Source: Salpingoeca rosetta
Taxonomy: Eukaryota; Protista; Choanoflagellata
Direction of reading: 5' to 3'
DNA length: 64,000 nt
Assembly: GCA_033442325.1 (NCBI GenBank)
Contig: JAWQFM010000003.1
Coordinates: 823,119 to 887,118, forward strand
Under the pieces are notes generated by a model. It was not told where the DNA came from. It did no database searches and saw nothing but the letters and a program-made list of their open reading frames with translations. The translations under genes were made by a program, and so were the position numbers. The stretch's first letter is position 1. Every line of letters starts with the position of its first letter. Positions 13,665 through 25,252 of this stretch are shown in pieces.

Positions 13665-16021
13665 CTATTCAGCGTCAGAGTCCGCGCCACCCTTGGCCCG
13701 TTTCTGCGCGCTCAACCCATGCCCATCATCGCCGCCTGCAACACGTTTCTTGCTTCGTTTGTGCTTCTTCTTTCTCTTCTTCCGTTTCTTCGTGCTCGTC
13801 GTCGCTTCCTCACCGTGATCCCTTGCTTCACCAGCTGCCGCCACGGCCACCTGCCGCTCCGACACTGCGCCTTCTTCTTCCACTTCCTCGTGGTCATCCA
13901 AAATCGGCTCCCGCACTGAGTCGCTTGCATCGGGTGTCGCCACCGCAGGCATCACATCATCATCGCTGGCAAGCGGCTTGTCTTTCCTGTGCTTCTTGTT
14001 CTTCCTCTTCTTCCTTGTCTTCTTTCTTCCCTTCTCCGTCTTGCCGGATTCTGATGCCTCTGCACCATCTCCAGACCCATCGGCATCCGGGGCCACCGCC
14101 GCCTCAATCACGACATCTTCGCCAGCCTCTTGTGCCGCCTGCGCTGTGTCGTCGCTATCGCTGTCGACGAGCTTGCGGCGCTTGCTGCGGTGCTTCGCCT
14201 TGTTCTTTCTTCTCTTCTTTGACGGGGAGCCTGCACTGCCAGGTTGCTGCACGTCGACTTCGCTGTGCGCTATGCCGGCTTGGTCGGGCGAACTCTGTGC
14301 TGGTTGCGCCGCTTCAGCAACACCCACATCATCATCATTATCATCATCACCACTACCACCACCAGCACCAGCTCTAGTATTGCTGGCACCGTGTTCCTTG
14401 TCCTGCTTCTTGTGCTTTTTCTTCCTGTGCTTCTTCTTGGTGCGTGTGGGAGCTGAGGCGGAACCATCATCGCTTACACGGGCCACCGCATCGTGCCCTT
14501 CTTGGGCCAGCTCTTTGTCGCCGATTTGCTGCGGCGATGATCGCTCATGTGCAGCGGAGGCGTCGGCGGGGGCAACAGTCACGGGTGTCGGCGTGGACAG
14601 CAGAACAGAGTCAGCGTCTGATGCCTGGGCCTGGGAGGTTGACGAATGGCGCTTCTCCGCACTCCCATGAGAACTGGCAGGCACGGCCAACACTGACTGT
14701 GCACGAACTCCACTTGTGGACGCGGTGTCAGAGCCAGCTGCGCTGGCATGCTCATCATCGGTTTCCTCTTCCTCAACAATCTCGTACTCGACATCATCCT
14801 GATCTGAGGCAGCCTCAAAATCTTCATCCACCTCCACTTCTTCCACGACAACTTCCTCGTCAGAGAGGCCATCGGAATCCTGAACAGAGGCATCCCATTC
14901 TTCCTCTTCTTGGTCTTCGTCCTCGTCCACTGCTTCCTCTGCATCATAGGCCTCCCAGTCCTCTTCCATGTCCTCTTTTCCACTGTCCTCCTCCTCCTCT
15001 ACATATTCTTCCTCTTCCTCTTCTCCCATTTGTTCTTCTTCTTCTTCCTCCTCCTCTTCCTCTGCATCATCTGCCTCATGATCATGGGCTTCGATGTCAT
15101 CTTCGTCGCCGTCAGAGTCGCTGCTTTCGTCTCCCGCACCTTCGTTGTCGCTATCTTCGTCCTCCGAGTCACTCAGCACCAGATCATTCAGTGTCACATC
15201 CTATCAAGTCAACAACCGAGCACGGCGTGTTTGCGTGATCAGAACACGACAATTACGCAAGCGCATGCAACTGCGGCAAGCACGTGGGCATGTGGGCAAC
15301 CAGGTTTGTGTCTCACCTCCAGCCGGGGTTGAATGATGGCCAGGCGCTCTTGAAACGGCAATGACTGAATTTGGATGGGCAGCCGTCCAAGCCGCCGGGA
15401 CACGTGTTTCTGCACCAACGGTCAATGTAGGGTGTGTGGGAGTCGCGGACACGTTGCACGTGGTTTGTGAGGAGGAAACCCACACTGAGATCAACAGCAC
15501 AGGCCATTCCATCTGGCACTGCACACATGAATTGATAATCACGCTCGCTCGCTCGCACACATGCACACATACACACATACACATTCACACATACACACAT
15601 GCACATGTTCATCCACACACATGTACACGCACACATGCGCACGATTGGGGCAGACCTTGAGAAAATTAGGAGAATACTCCAACTGGAGTTTCTGCTTGAC
15701 GGCAGCCCAGTCCACGTGCTCAAGGGACGAAGCACCCATCTTTTGCACGGCAGACACAACTGCGCGGTGAGTGGCACGACTCATCCGTAAATTGGTGCTC
15801 GTCGTCTTGGCTTTCTTCCTGCGCAATTTCGGTTGGGCCTTAGACGGACGCAAACAGCCCAGGTCTCGAGGCAATGGAATGCTGTCGCCGTACGTTGATG
15901 GCACCGCCACTTCCAGGTGTTTCTGCATGCAGACGAACGAATTCAAGTGCGTGTGTGTGTGCGAGGGTACATGTGCGCGTTCGTAAGCAAGAGTGTGTAG
16001 TTGTGTGTGTGTGTGAGAACA

Positions 16022-16082
<61 letters not shown>

Positions 16083-16573
16083 GGTGGTGGTGGTGTTGTT
16101 GTTGTTGGTGGTGGTGGTGAGCATGATACAATCGGGGGCGATTGTGAAGACCTCACAACACCTCGCGTTCAAGTGATGGCATACGCGCATGCGCACTCAG
16201 TTTCAAACCTTGAGGAGGCTTGTGGGGACACATGTATGCATCTTCTCCTGGACGATGTCCCAGTTGATGTCCGAAAGGTTTGAGTAGTCGAGCTCCGCTA
16301 ACACACGCAGCAGGCGCTTGTACAGGCTTGGTCGGATGAGATGAGACGCCTTCTGTGCGGAAAGCACCCCCTGAAGCATGGCCTCAAAGGTGGGGAGTTC
16401 AGAGAACGGCCTCAGCGCCTTCAAGAATCGCGCCTGTTGCCGCATGACACAACCAAGCAAGGCCAAACGCGGTTAAATCCATGACTTGCGGGCATGGTCG
16501 AAACAAACTTCATGAGCACGTGTGCAAGTGCCCAAACTCACATGTGTACATGCATCTTTGAGCTTTTGTGTGC

Positions 16574-16619
<46 letters not shown>

Positions 16620-19589
16620 ATGCGTGCATGTGTCGGTGAGAAACAGACAAATACAACACAGCACCAAGGCACCTTCAAGACGGTCGGGGTGAAATCAAAG
16701 CCGACGTGTTCATGGATGTCCTCCCAGTCCACCTCCTCCAGCGACTTGTACCCGAAATCACGAATGAAGTGGGCAACGGCACGTTGTTGATCTCCACGCA
16801 GTGCGTGACTTGGCAACAGCTTCTGCAGTTGTTCTTGGAACGACAGCGACTGGTGGCCATCATTGTCACCCTGCAGAAGTTGCTTCACGTGTGCCTATGC
16901 AAAAAACCACGCCAGCAAATCCAGGAGCACAGTGCAGCGTGAGTTGATGGGCGGTGCTTCCACGCATATTTGAGAGCAGAAGGCAGCGACCCACTCAACT
17001 GCCTGGGCAATCCACAAACGCAACCAACCAATCCAAACACAGAGCGATTCACATGCGCGCGTCAGCAAAACAGGGGGCACACCTCGATTGTTTCTGGCGC
17101 TCGGAAGACGCCAGAGGCTTCTTGCACAACGCTCCAATCAACCTCGTCCACTGACGAATACCCAAGCTCTTGCAGCGAGAAAATGATGTCCGTTTTCTCC
17201 CGGCGGTGCAGGTGGGAAGACAAGGCCAGCAGCAATTTCAACTTGTCTCGAAAGGACAACGATGTCGACTCGGCAGGAAGCTCTCCAAGTTGTTCCTTGA
17301 GTGCTTCCTGTTAGACGCGAGCAGAGCCCGTGCATCAAAGGCGAGCGTGCGTTATGGCAGCGTGAGTGACACCAAAGGCACGAGTGACAGAGTGATTGTG
17401 CATGTGCGTGCATGGTGTGCGCATGTGTGTGTGCGTGGGTGCATGTGTACGTGTGTACGTTTGTGAATCTGATACGTGTACACAACACGACAAGTACACA
17501 CACACACACTCACACACAAGCACACTCACACACAAGCACACAGACAACAACGAGAAGCGACAATGCACTATGACACGAACTAACTCATGGACAAAGACAA
17601 GGGGACGGGGCAGAGCGTCAGGAGAGGCTACAGCAAGTACAATGCATATCGCAAAGGAAGATCATTTCCTCGCACCTTCAGCCTGTCGGCAGGAGTTGCA
17701 TGTGAGGCTGACGCTGCCTTCCAGTCCACTTGCTCAAGCGAAGTGATACCCGAACTGTAGATGACACGAGTGACTTGGGACAGAACCAAGGGGTGCACAG
17801 CCGACATAATCTTGGGCAACAGCTCGGCAAGCGGACGATCGATCAAGTTGGGAGTCAAACGCTTCACGTGCGTCATCATCAGCTTCTGAACAGAAGGAAC
17901 AACATGTGGAGACATGAGATGTTGTCAACAGAGGAATGCTGGGGAGTGCTGTAGTTGCTGGAGAGGAAAGAGGAAGCGGTGCACGCTAATGCATTTGCAG
18001 CAGGTGACAGCAGCAGCAACAGCAGGCAGGCAGGCAGGCAGCAGCGCACACCTTCAGACTGCTTGGACGATGAGGCAGCTGAAGCCGAGTGACAACTTCC
18101 GCCCAGTCCACCTCGTGCAAGAATGAGCAATCCATGTCCTTGATTGTCTCCCAAACACGTTGTCTCTCCTGCGGCGTGAGTGGACGGTGCGAGTACAGCG
18201 AGTACAACGCTGCTAGCTGACCAGCAAATGACAAAACCCGCTGCTTTTGGGGCAGTGTAGCCAATTGCTGGCGAATGTAGTGCTGTACCACGGGCAAAAT
18301 CGAGGGTGATGCTGGCCGTGAGTCAAACATGGGCCAGCGCACACGTTGGCGCCACACAACAAGGGCTTCAAAGAATGTCTTCCCACAAGCGCACACAAGC
18401 GCGCACAAGCGCACCCCTCCACTTCGCACAAGTAGCACACAACAGCGCACAAGCGAAGGCAGAACAGTACATACCTTGAGGAATTCAGCAGGAAAAGGCA
18501 GCTTCACGTCACGCTCAACTTGGTGCCAATCAATGTCATCCAAAGACGAGGGCGCTCGACGGCGAAGTAATCTCAATAGTTTCAGGTGTGCCCACGGCAC
18601 CAATCGAGATGTGGGCAGCGACCAGCACGCCAAGCATTGAAGTTTCGTGTTGCAAGGGAGTACCTGCAACCTGAGCGGAAGTTCGCTAAACTCGGATGCA
18701 AACGACGCCTGTCAAAATGCAATGCAACAAAAGGTAAGGGGTAAAGGTAAGCCTGGAGGGAAAATAAAAGTGCACTGATTCGGGCACGGGTTGCAAGCCC
18801 ACGCGAAACAAACAACAAACAGAGCAACCAACGCTGCAAAGATGGAATCCGAGCAGGAAGGCGCGAGACAAGACGAGCATTACCTTCAAGTGTTCAGGCT
18901 CAACATCCACGCCGCTTTGCTCCTTCACAGCAGTCCAGTCAATCGCTTCAAGAGACTCAGCATCCATGCCTTGCAGCACCTTGAACGCTGCCCTGCGTTG
19001 CACCTGCGTCACTGTTCGCGTGCGCTGTTCCCTCTGTGTCCCTGAGGCTACCTTCAACACTGCGAGTTGGTCTTGGAATGGCAGCAGCCGCTGCTCGGGT
19101 GGCAAGACAGCAAGCTTGCTCGCGAAATAGTCCTGCGTGCAAACAAGCACAAGTACATGCGGCGAGTGGGACCACAAGGTGCATCATAAAGATGAGCACA
19201 ACGACTGCGTCCTTCCTGACGCGTAACGCACGTTTGCGCGCATGACACAGGCGCATGCAACGTGCAACGTGCAACGTCACAGCACGCAAACAAAGCAATA
19301 GGCGCAAGTTCACAGCCAAACAGTCGCTCACCCTCAGGCGTTCAGGCTCAACATCCGCGCCACTTTGCTCCTTCACAGCTTCCCAGTCCACTGCTTCCAA
19401 CGACGCAGCACCAAGCTCCTCAATCGCAGCTATGCAGCGGGAACGTGTCGACGACAGCCGCAGCGTACTCGCCGCTAGCACTCTCAATCGCTCTAGCTGC
19501 TGCTCAAGTGGCTCAGACTGTGCCTCAGCCGGCAGCGCACTCAGGGCATGCGTCATTCGAGCCTGCGCCCACAACCCATCGCGCAGTGT

Positions 19590-19623
<34 letters not shown>

Positions 19624-22600
19624 GCACGCACACACGCACACACACACACACGCACGCACGCACACACACACACACACACAAACAACAACAGCGTTGTGAG
19701 TCGTCGCGAAAGTGCAATCTCAACGCAAGTGATGCATGTCAAGCAAACAAAGCGTGCGACATCTCTCACTCTCAAACAAAACGGCGCAACGCTGCAGGCA
19801 CATGATCATTGTCCCTGTAGAGCCCAAACCTTGATGTTTCTCGCAGTGGATGCGCTTGTCCCAATGCGTTGTTGCACCTCGTCCCAATCAACCTCGTCCA
19901 GCGATGACACACCCATGTCCGCAATGACCGCAAGAGCCTTCCGAAGATGCACTGGCGCTACATTTTTCACCAGTGATCGAGCCATCACCCACTGCAGCTG
20001 CTGCCTGAACGGTAGTCTGCGAGCTCTGCCTGGGAAGTACCGCAGCACAATCTTCTACAAACCGCACCAGCACACCACACACACACACACACACACAGAG
20101 CACACACGCACACACGCACAAACACACACAGAGCACACACACACACACACACACGCACAGAGCACACGCAGAGCACACGCATGCACATGTGAGCAGCGTC
20201 ATAGAAACAAGTGGCATCACCATTCATACACAGAGCACACACACCCACACAGGACAAACAAACAAAAGCACATCTAGAAGACAACAGCAACAGCTCTGTC
20301 AGCACAACAACACTACCTTCAGGCGTTCAGGCTCAACATCCACGCCGCTTTGCTCCTTCACAGCAGCCCAGTCAATCGCTTCAAAGGACTCAGCATCCAT
20401 GCCTTGCAGCACCTTGAACGCCGCCCAGCGCACCTGCGCCTGTGTTCGTTTCCGTCTGTGTTTCTTCGAGACAACGGTTGAGCCTGCGCGCAACACTGCG
20501 AGTTGGTCTTGAAATGGCAGCTGCTGCTGCTCGGGCGGCAAGACAGCAAGCTTGCTCGCGAAATAGTCCTGCGTGCAAACAAGCACAAGTACATGCGGCG
20601 AGTGGGACCACAAGGTGCATCATAAAGATGAGCACAACGACTGCATCCTTCCTGACGCGTAACGCACGTTTGCGCGCATGACACAAACGCATGCAACGTG
20701 CAACGTGCAACGTCACACCACACCAAACAAAGCAATAGGCGCAAGTTCACAGCCAAACAGTCGCTCACCCTCAGGCGTTCAGGCTCAACATCCGCGCCGC
20801 TTCGCTCCTTCACAGCTGCCCAGTCCACTGCTTCCAAAGACTCAACGTCCAAGCCTTTCAGAGCGCGAAGCACAATGGCCTGTCGCCGTTTGTTCAGACC
20901 GTGCCCTTTGAGAATTGCCTTCGATGTCAGCAATTCAAGTTGATCTTGAAGCGGCAGCTGTTGTTGCTCTGACGAGAGCTTGGACAGTTGCTGATCCAGA
21001 AACCTCTGTGTGAGAGCGCGTGCGTACGCGTGCGGTGTGTGTGAGTGCGGTGTAGCGTGAGAGAGAGCGCGTGCGTACGCGTGCGGTGTGTGTGAGTGCG
21101 GTGTAGCGTGTGTGAGAGCGCGTGTGTACGTGTGCGGTGTAGCGTGAGAGAGAGAGAGAGAGTGTGTGTGTGTGTGTGTGCATGCGTTTGCCGCACCCGA
21201 ATGGAACCCGGTTTCGTTAGGAGTGGGTACAGCTGGCAAGGAAATGAAACAACATGTTGTCCATCATCAATCGTTCACGCGCACTTCCTGCCATGAACAC
21301 GTACATGACGAACCTTAACATGACCCGTGTTTATCGTCATTTGACAGCGCTGCTGAACGGCGGACCAGTTGATGTCATCGAGCGAAGTCACGTTCATGTC
21401 GTGTAGCGCCATCATGCCAATGCACACATGCCACTCAGGTGGGCGCGCATCATCAATCGCTTGCTGCAACTGCTGCTCAAAGGACAAGGTCTGTTCCTGG
21501 GAAGAAGCTTTGCTAAGGGCTGTTTCCACAGCAATCTGCGCATCGCATATGAACAGCAAGGGGCAGGACAGGGTGAAACTGTGAACCCGGTTGGCTCGAC
21601 GCCTGCACATAGACTCCCCGGCCCCCGCCCCAATACAACAACCTCATCTTGCAATGCACACCTTGAGGCTGAGACAGCTTCGCTTGGAACCACTGCGCTC
21701 TTTGATCTCATCCCAGTTCACGTCCTCCAATGACGCAACATTCATTGCTTGGACGCGCTGGCATATTGACACCACTTCTGCGGGCTGAGGTGGTCCGAGG
21801 GAGAGCGAGGTCAAGACGGCGCTGGTTGGTTGGTCCCGTTCCTCCCTGGGAATCTTGAGAAGCAAGGTTCGAAAGCGAAACTACAATACCACGCGACAGG
21901 ACATGAAATGCAGGCGCGCACAGTGTGAACATGTAAAAACAGTGCTACGTTGTCAGAGCAAGGAATCCCGGCGGCTGCCACTTAACGGGACACGCATCAC
22001 TCAACACAATGCAGTAGTGCACTCGCTCACTTGAGCACGCGTGTGCCGCTGCAAACAGCCCAAATACACTTCACAAACCATGGTACGGCTGTATGCATAT
22101 CGCAAAACGCAACACAGCACACTACAACGCAGGCGCAAATGCACACAACTCGGACCTCAAGTAGCTCTGGAGGTGTGTTCCCGGGCAGCTGTTGTGCGAT
22201 CGCATCCCAGTCAATGTCACTGATATGTTGCGTGCCCTGGTCTCGGATCACTGAAAAGATATGTCTCCAGGGCAAGGTTTGCTTCAGCATGTCTTTCACG
22301 GCTTGCAACTGCTCTGTAAACGATTGCGTGTCCGTGGAAACCAGGGACAGGTAGCGCCCCATGTGCTTCTGCACGGTCGAAGCGAAGGCAGTGGTCAGGG
22401 CAAGGATGCGGTTTGCGAGTGGCGAGAAGAGATGCACAAAATCGATGGCATTGTGTGTGTGTGTGTGAGATGACCAAACAGTGAGGTACTCTCCAGCAAG
22501 CAGTGAGGGGAGGAGGAGGTCAGGATTGAATGCACACGCACACGCACGCACACGCACGCACACGCACACACACACACGCATGCACGCACACGCACACACA

Positions 22601-23736
22601 CGCACACACGCACACGCACACACACACGCACGCACACACGCACACACACACGCACGCACACACGCACGCACGCACGCACGCACGCACGCATTCACACACG
22701 CACGCAGGTGTGCGCATACCTTAAGGTCAGCTGGTGAGTCACCACATTTGACGTGGTCGAAGACAGCATTCCAGTCCACGTCGTCGAAGCGGGCGCAGCC
22801 CATGCCTTGAATGGCTGCAATGACGGCAAAATTGTCTCGTCGACGCAGATACCCGAGCGAACCTGGTGCTTCCCCTCCCCGCTTCTTCCGCGCTTGCACC
22901 TCCGCCATTTTGAGCTGGGCCTTTTTGCGCTCTGCCTCAAGCTGTTCCCTCAGCTGCTCCTGCTTCAGCAATTCGGGTGGCAGCGTGCCGGCCTTGCGCA
23001 TCTCGCTCAGCTTCTTTCGTCTGTGCTCTTGGGCCTCTGCTGTCTTGGGCTTCTTCTTGCGGGTGACTGTCGGCCGTGCTGCCTTTGAGGGACGCTTTGC
23101 TTGGCCTTTGGCGCTGGCAGTGTCCTTCGACTGGGGTCGCTTCAACAGATATTCGATGTGATGCTTGCAATGGCTTGGGCTCTTCTTGTCGAAGTGCTGC
23201 GCGAGCAAAACCCACTTGCGCCCGTGCTTGGCATAGAGCTCCATGAGTTTTGCGTCCTCCTCCTCCGTGAACGGGGTTGTGATTTGGGTCATCCTTTGGT
23301 AACAGCTCATGAGAGAGTTTGGGTCACGTCCAAGTGAGGATGCGATTTTCGCCCATGCTTTACCGTGGGTTTGGACCAAGCGGCACAGCTGCGCTTCCTC
23401 CTCAGGGGTGAGGGGTTTATCCCGCAACAGAGGGTATTTGGGGTACGCCCTGGTGAGGTATCTGCAGATGGAGACCGCAGTGCGGCGAATGTTGTGACAC
23501 ACTGCTCGGCGGAGCTCTGACTTGAGCTCTTGCTGGTCACCGTAGAGTACGCTCAACGCGTCGCTGGCGCCATGCTCCTTCAGGAATCGGTTGACGTTGT
23601 TGTGCAGCGTTTCCACCTCGCTCTTCGACCAGGGGCCTTTGTTGGGTTTGATCCGCTCGAGCTCTTTCCGGTTCTCTGGCGTTGGCCTCCAGATGTGGTG
23701 GAGTATCGCCAAATCTTCCTCCTCCTGCGTTTGCAT
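13665..23736 (-). CDS. Reb1/TTF1/DMTF1-family Myb DNA-binding protein with 16 tandem exon-encoded 'DW' Myb-like modules and an acidic plus Lys-rich tail (about 2035 aa)
   Basis: Exons: 23736-22720, 22368-22156, 21880-21662, 21535-21314, 21005-20769, 20568-20317, 20054-19830, 19562-19332, 19132-18884, 18708-18475, 18282-18052, 17885-17676, 17307-17083, 16894-16673, 16433-16209, 15922-15656, 15409-15317, 15200-13665. All introns are GT-AG, all exon lengths are multiples of 3, and there are no stops. The N-terminus has [20 protein letters not shown] (Myb-associated domain) and two Myb repeats ([29 protein letters not shown]; [27 protein letters not shown]). The start codon is uncertain and an upstream exon is possible. 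Confidence 0.85.
18880..19400. repeat. Intragenic duplicated block, copy A (3' end of exon 8, intron 8, exon 9)
   Basis: Near-identical to 20315-20838, including the ~200-bp intron (e.g. GCGTGCAAACAAGCACAAGTACATGCGGCGAGTGGGACCACAAGGTGCATCATAAAGATGAGCACAACGACTGC in both copies). Confidence 0.95.
20315..20838. repeat. Intragenic duplicated block, copy B (3' end of exon 5, intron 5, exon 6)
   Basis: Near-identical to 18880-19400; ORFs 18686..19177 and 20299..20613 begin with the same peptide. Confidence 0.95.
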
Positions 23737-23859
23737 CCTCCTCGTGGGTGCACCACCAGAGAAGAGCAGGTGGTTGGTTTTTGTGTGTGTTCGAATGTGT
23801 GTGGTACACAGCGGTCGCATGTCACTACATTATATGGTGTTGTGAAGTTGTCTGTGTGT

Positions 23860-24007
<148 letters not shown>

Positions 24008-24355
24008 GTGGGTGTGTCACACACTTACGCACATGCACTCACACGGACTCACATTCTCTGTCTGACACCACCCGACGTTGGTTCATCCAATCATCATCAC
24101 GTCAATCGACAGCGAGGCACATCAACAACAAGACAAGCAGTGGGGACGAAGAAACGAACAACATGGGTGCTTGCGACAGTTAAAATCAAGGGAGATGGCA
24201 TGACACAAAGGACATGTGCCAAACACAACGTGGCGAGTCGTGCGGAGTGAATGCGCGTGTGGCACCAACAGCGCCGCATCCATGTGCACGTCTCAAAAAC
24301 ACGAGCGCACGCACACACACGCACGCACACGCACGCATGTATCAACAACAGCACG

Positions 24356-24587
24356 CTAGAGGTTGAGCATGCCCTTGACGGTGCGGACAACGTTGCTTGC
24401 GTTGGGGAAGACGAGGTCCTCCAGGTTCTTCGCATACGGCGTGGGCACATCCGCACCGGTCACGCGGTGCACTGGCGCATCGAGATGGTCAAACGCCTCG
24501 GCTGTGCAATGTGCATGTGTGTGTGTGTGTGTGAATGTGTGGGTGTGTTGTGTTGATGCGTGTGAAATGCGTGGAATGCGTGTGCGA

Positions 24588-24623
<36 letters not shown>

Positions 24624-25220
24624 GTGCGTGGAATGCGTGTGCGAATGTGTGTGTGTGTGTGAGTGTGAACGAGGTTGCGGTGAAGCGTAGAAGGTTCAAC
24701 ACATGAGTTCAACACATGATTTGAACGGCACGTGACAGATCAACAGGGCAGGCGTACATTCCATGACGACGGCACAAATCTCCGAGCCAATGCCGCACTG
24801 TGGCCAGCCGCCCTCGACGGTCACCAGCCTGCAGGGTGCACACATGCCAACAAGCAGGGATACGAAACAGCGGGAGGAGTTGAGCAGGTGGCGGATGTGT
24901 GCTGCAAGGCAATCGTATCATGTCATGCAACAAACACACGAGCGCATGAGCGAAACCCGCGGGCGGTCAAGCCATCGCGACTGACCTGTTTGTCTTCTTG
25001 ACGGAGTTGATGATGGTCTCCGTGTCGAGAGGACGCAGTGTACGCAGGTTCACCACCTGCATTCGGCATCAAAAGCAACCACGCAGGAAAACGAATGAGC
25101 ATATGGGAGGGGGGCGTACACACACACACACACAGGAGAGAGACAGGCAGACAGAGACAGAGACAGAGACAGACAGACAGAGACAGAGACAGCCAAAGAG
25201 AGACACACAGAGAGTGTGTA

Positions 25221-25252
<32 letters not shown>

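Noticed and set aside
19255-20277. 340-aa plus-strand ORF overlapping the Myb array
   Set aside because: Antisense shadow that runs through CA repeats and has no recognisable domain.
21010-21150. ~51-bp minisatellite in Myb intron 4, and similar short duplications at ~24563-24650, ~37023-37110 and ~51555-51610
   Set aside because: Ordinary slippage duplications in introns with no evidence of function.
15656-22840. Regularly spaced repeats read as a CRISPR-like array or as tandem transposons
   Set aside because: The repeats are conserved mainly at protein level and are in-frame exons. There are no constant DNA repeats with spacers, no cas genes, no TIRs and no transposase.
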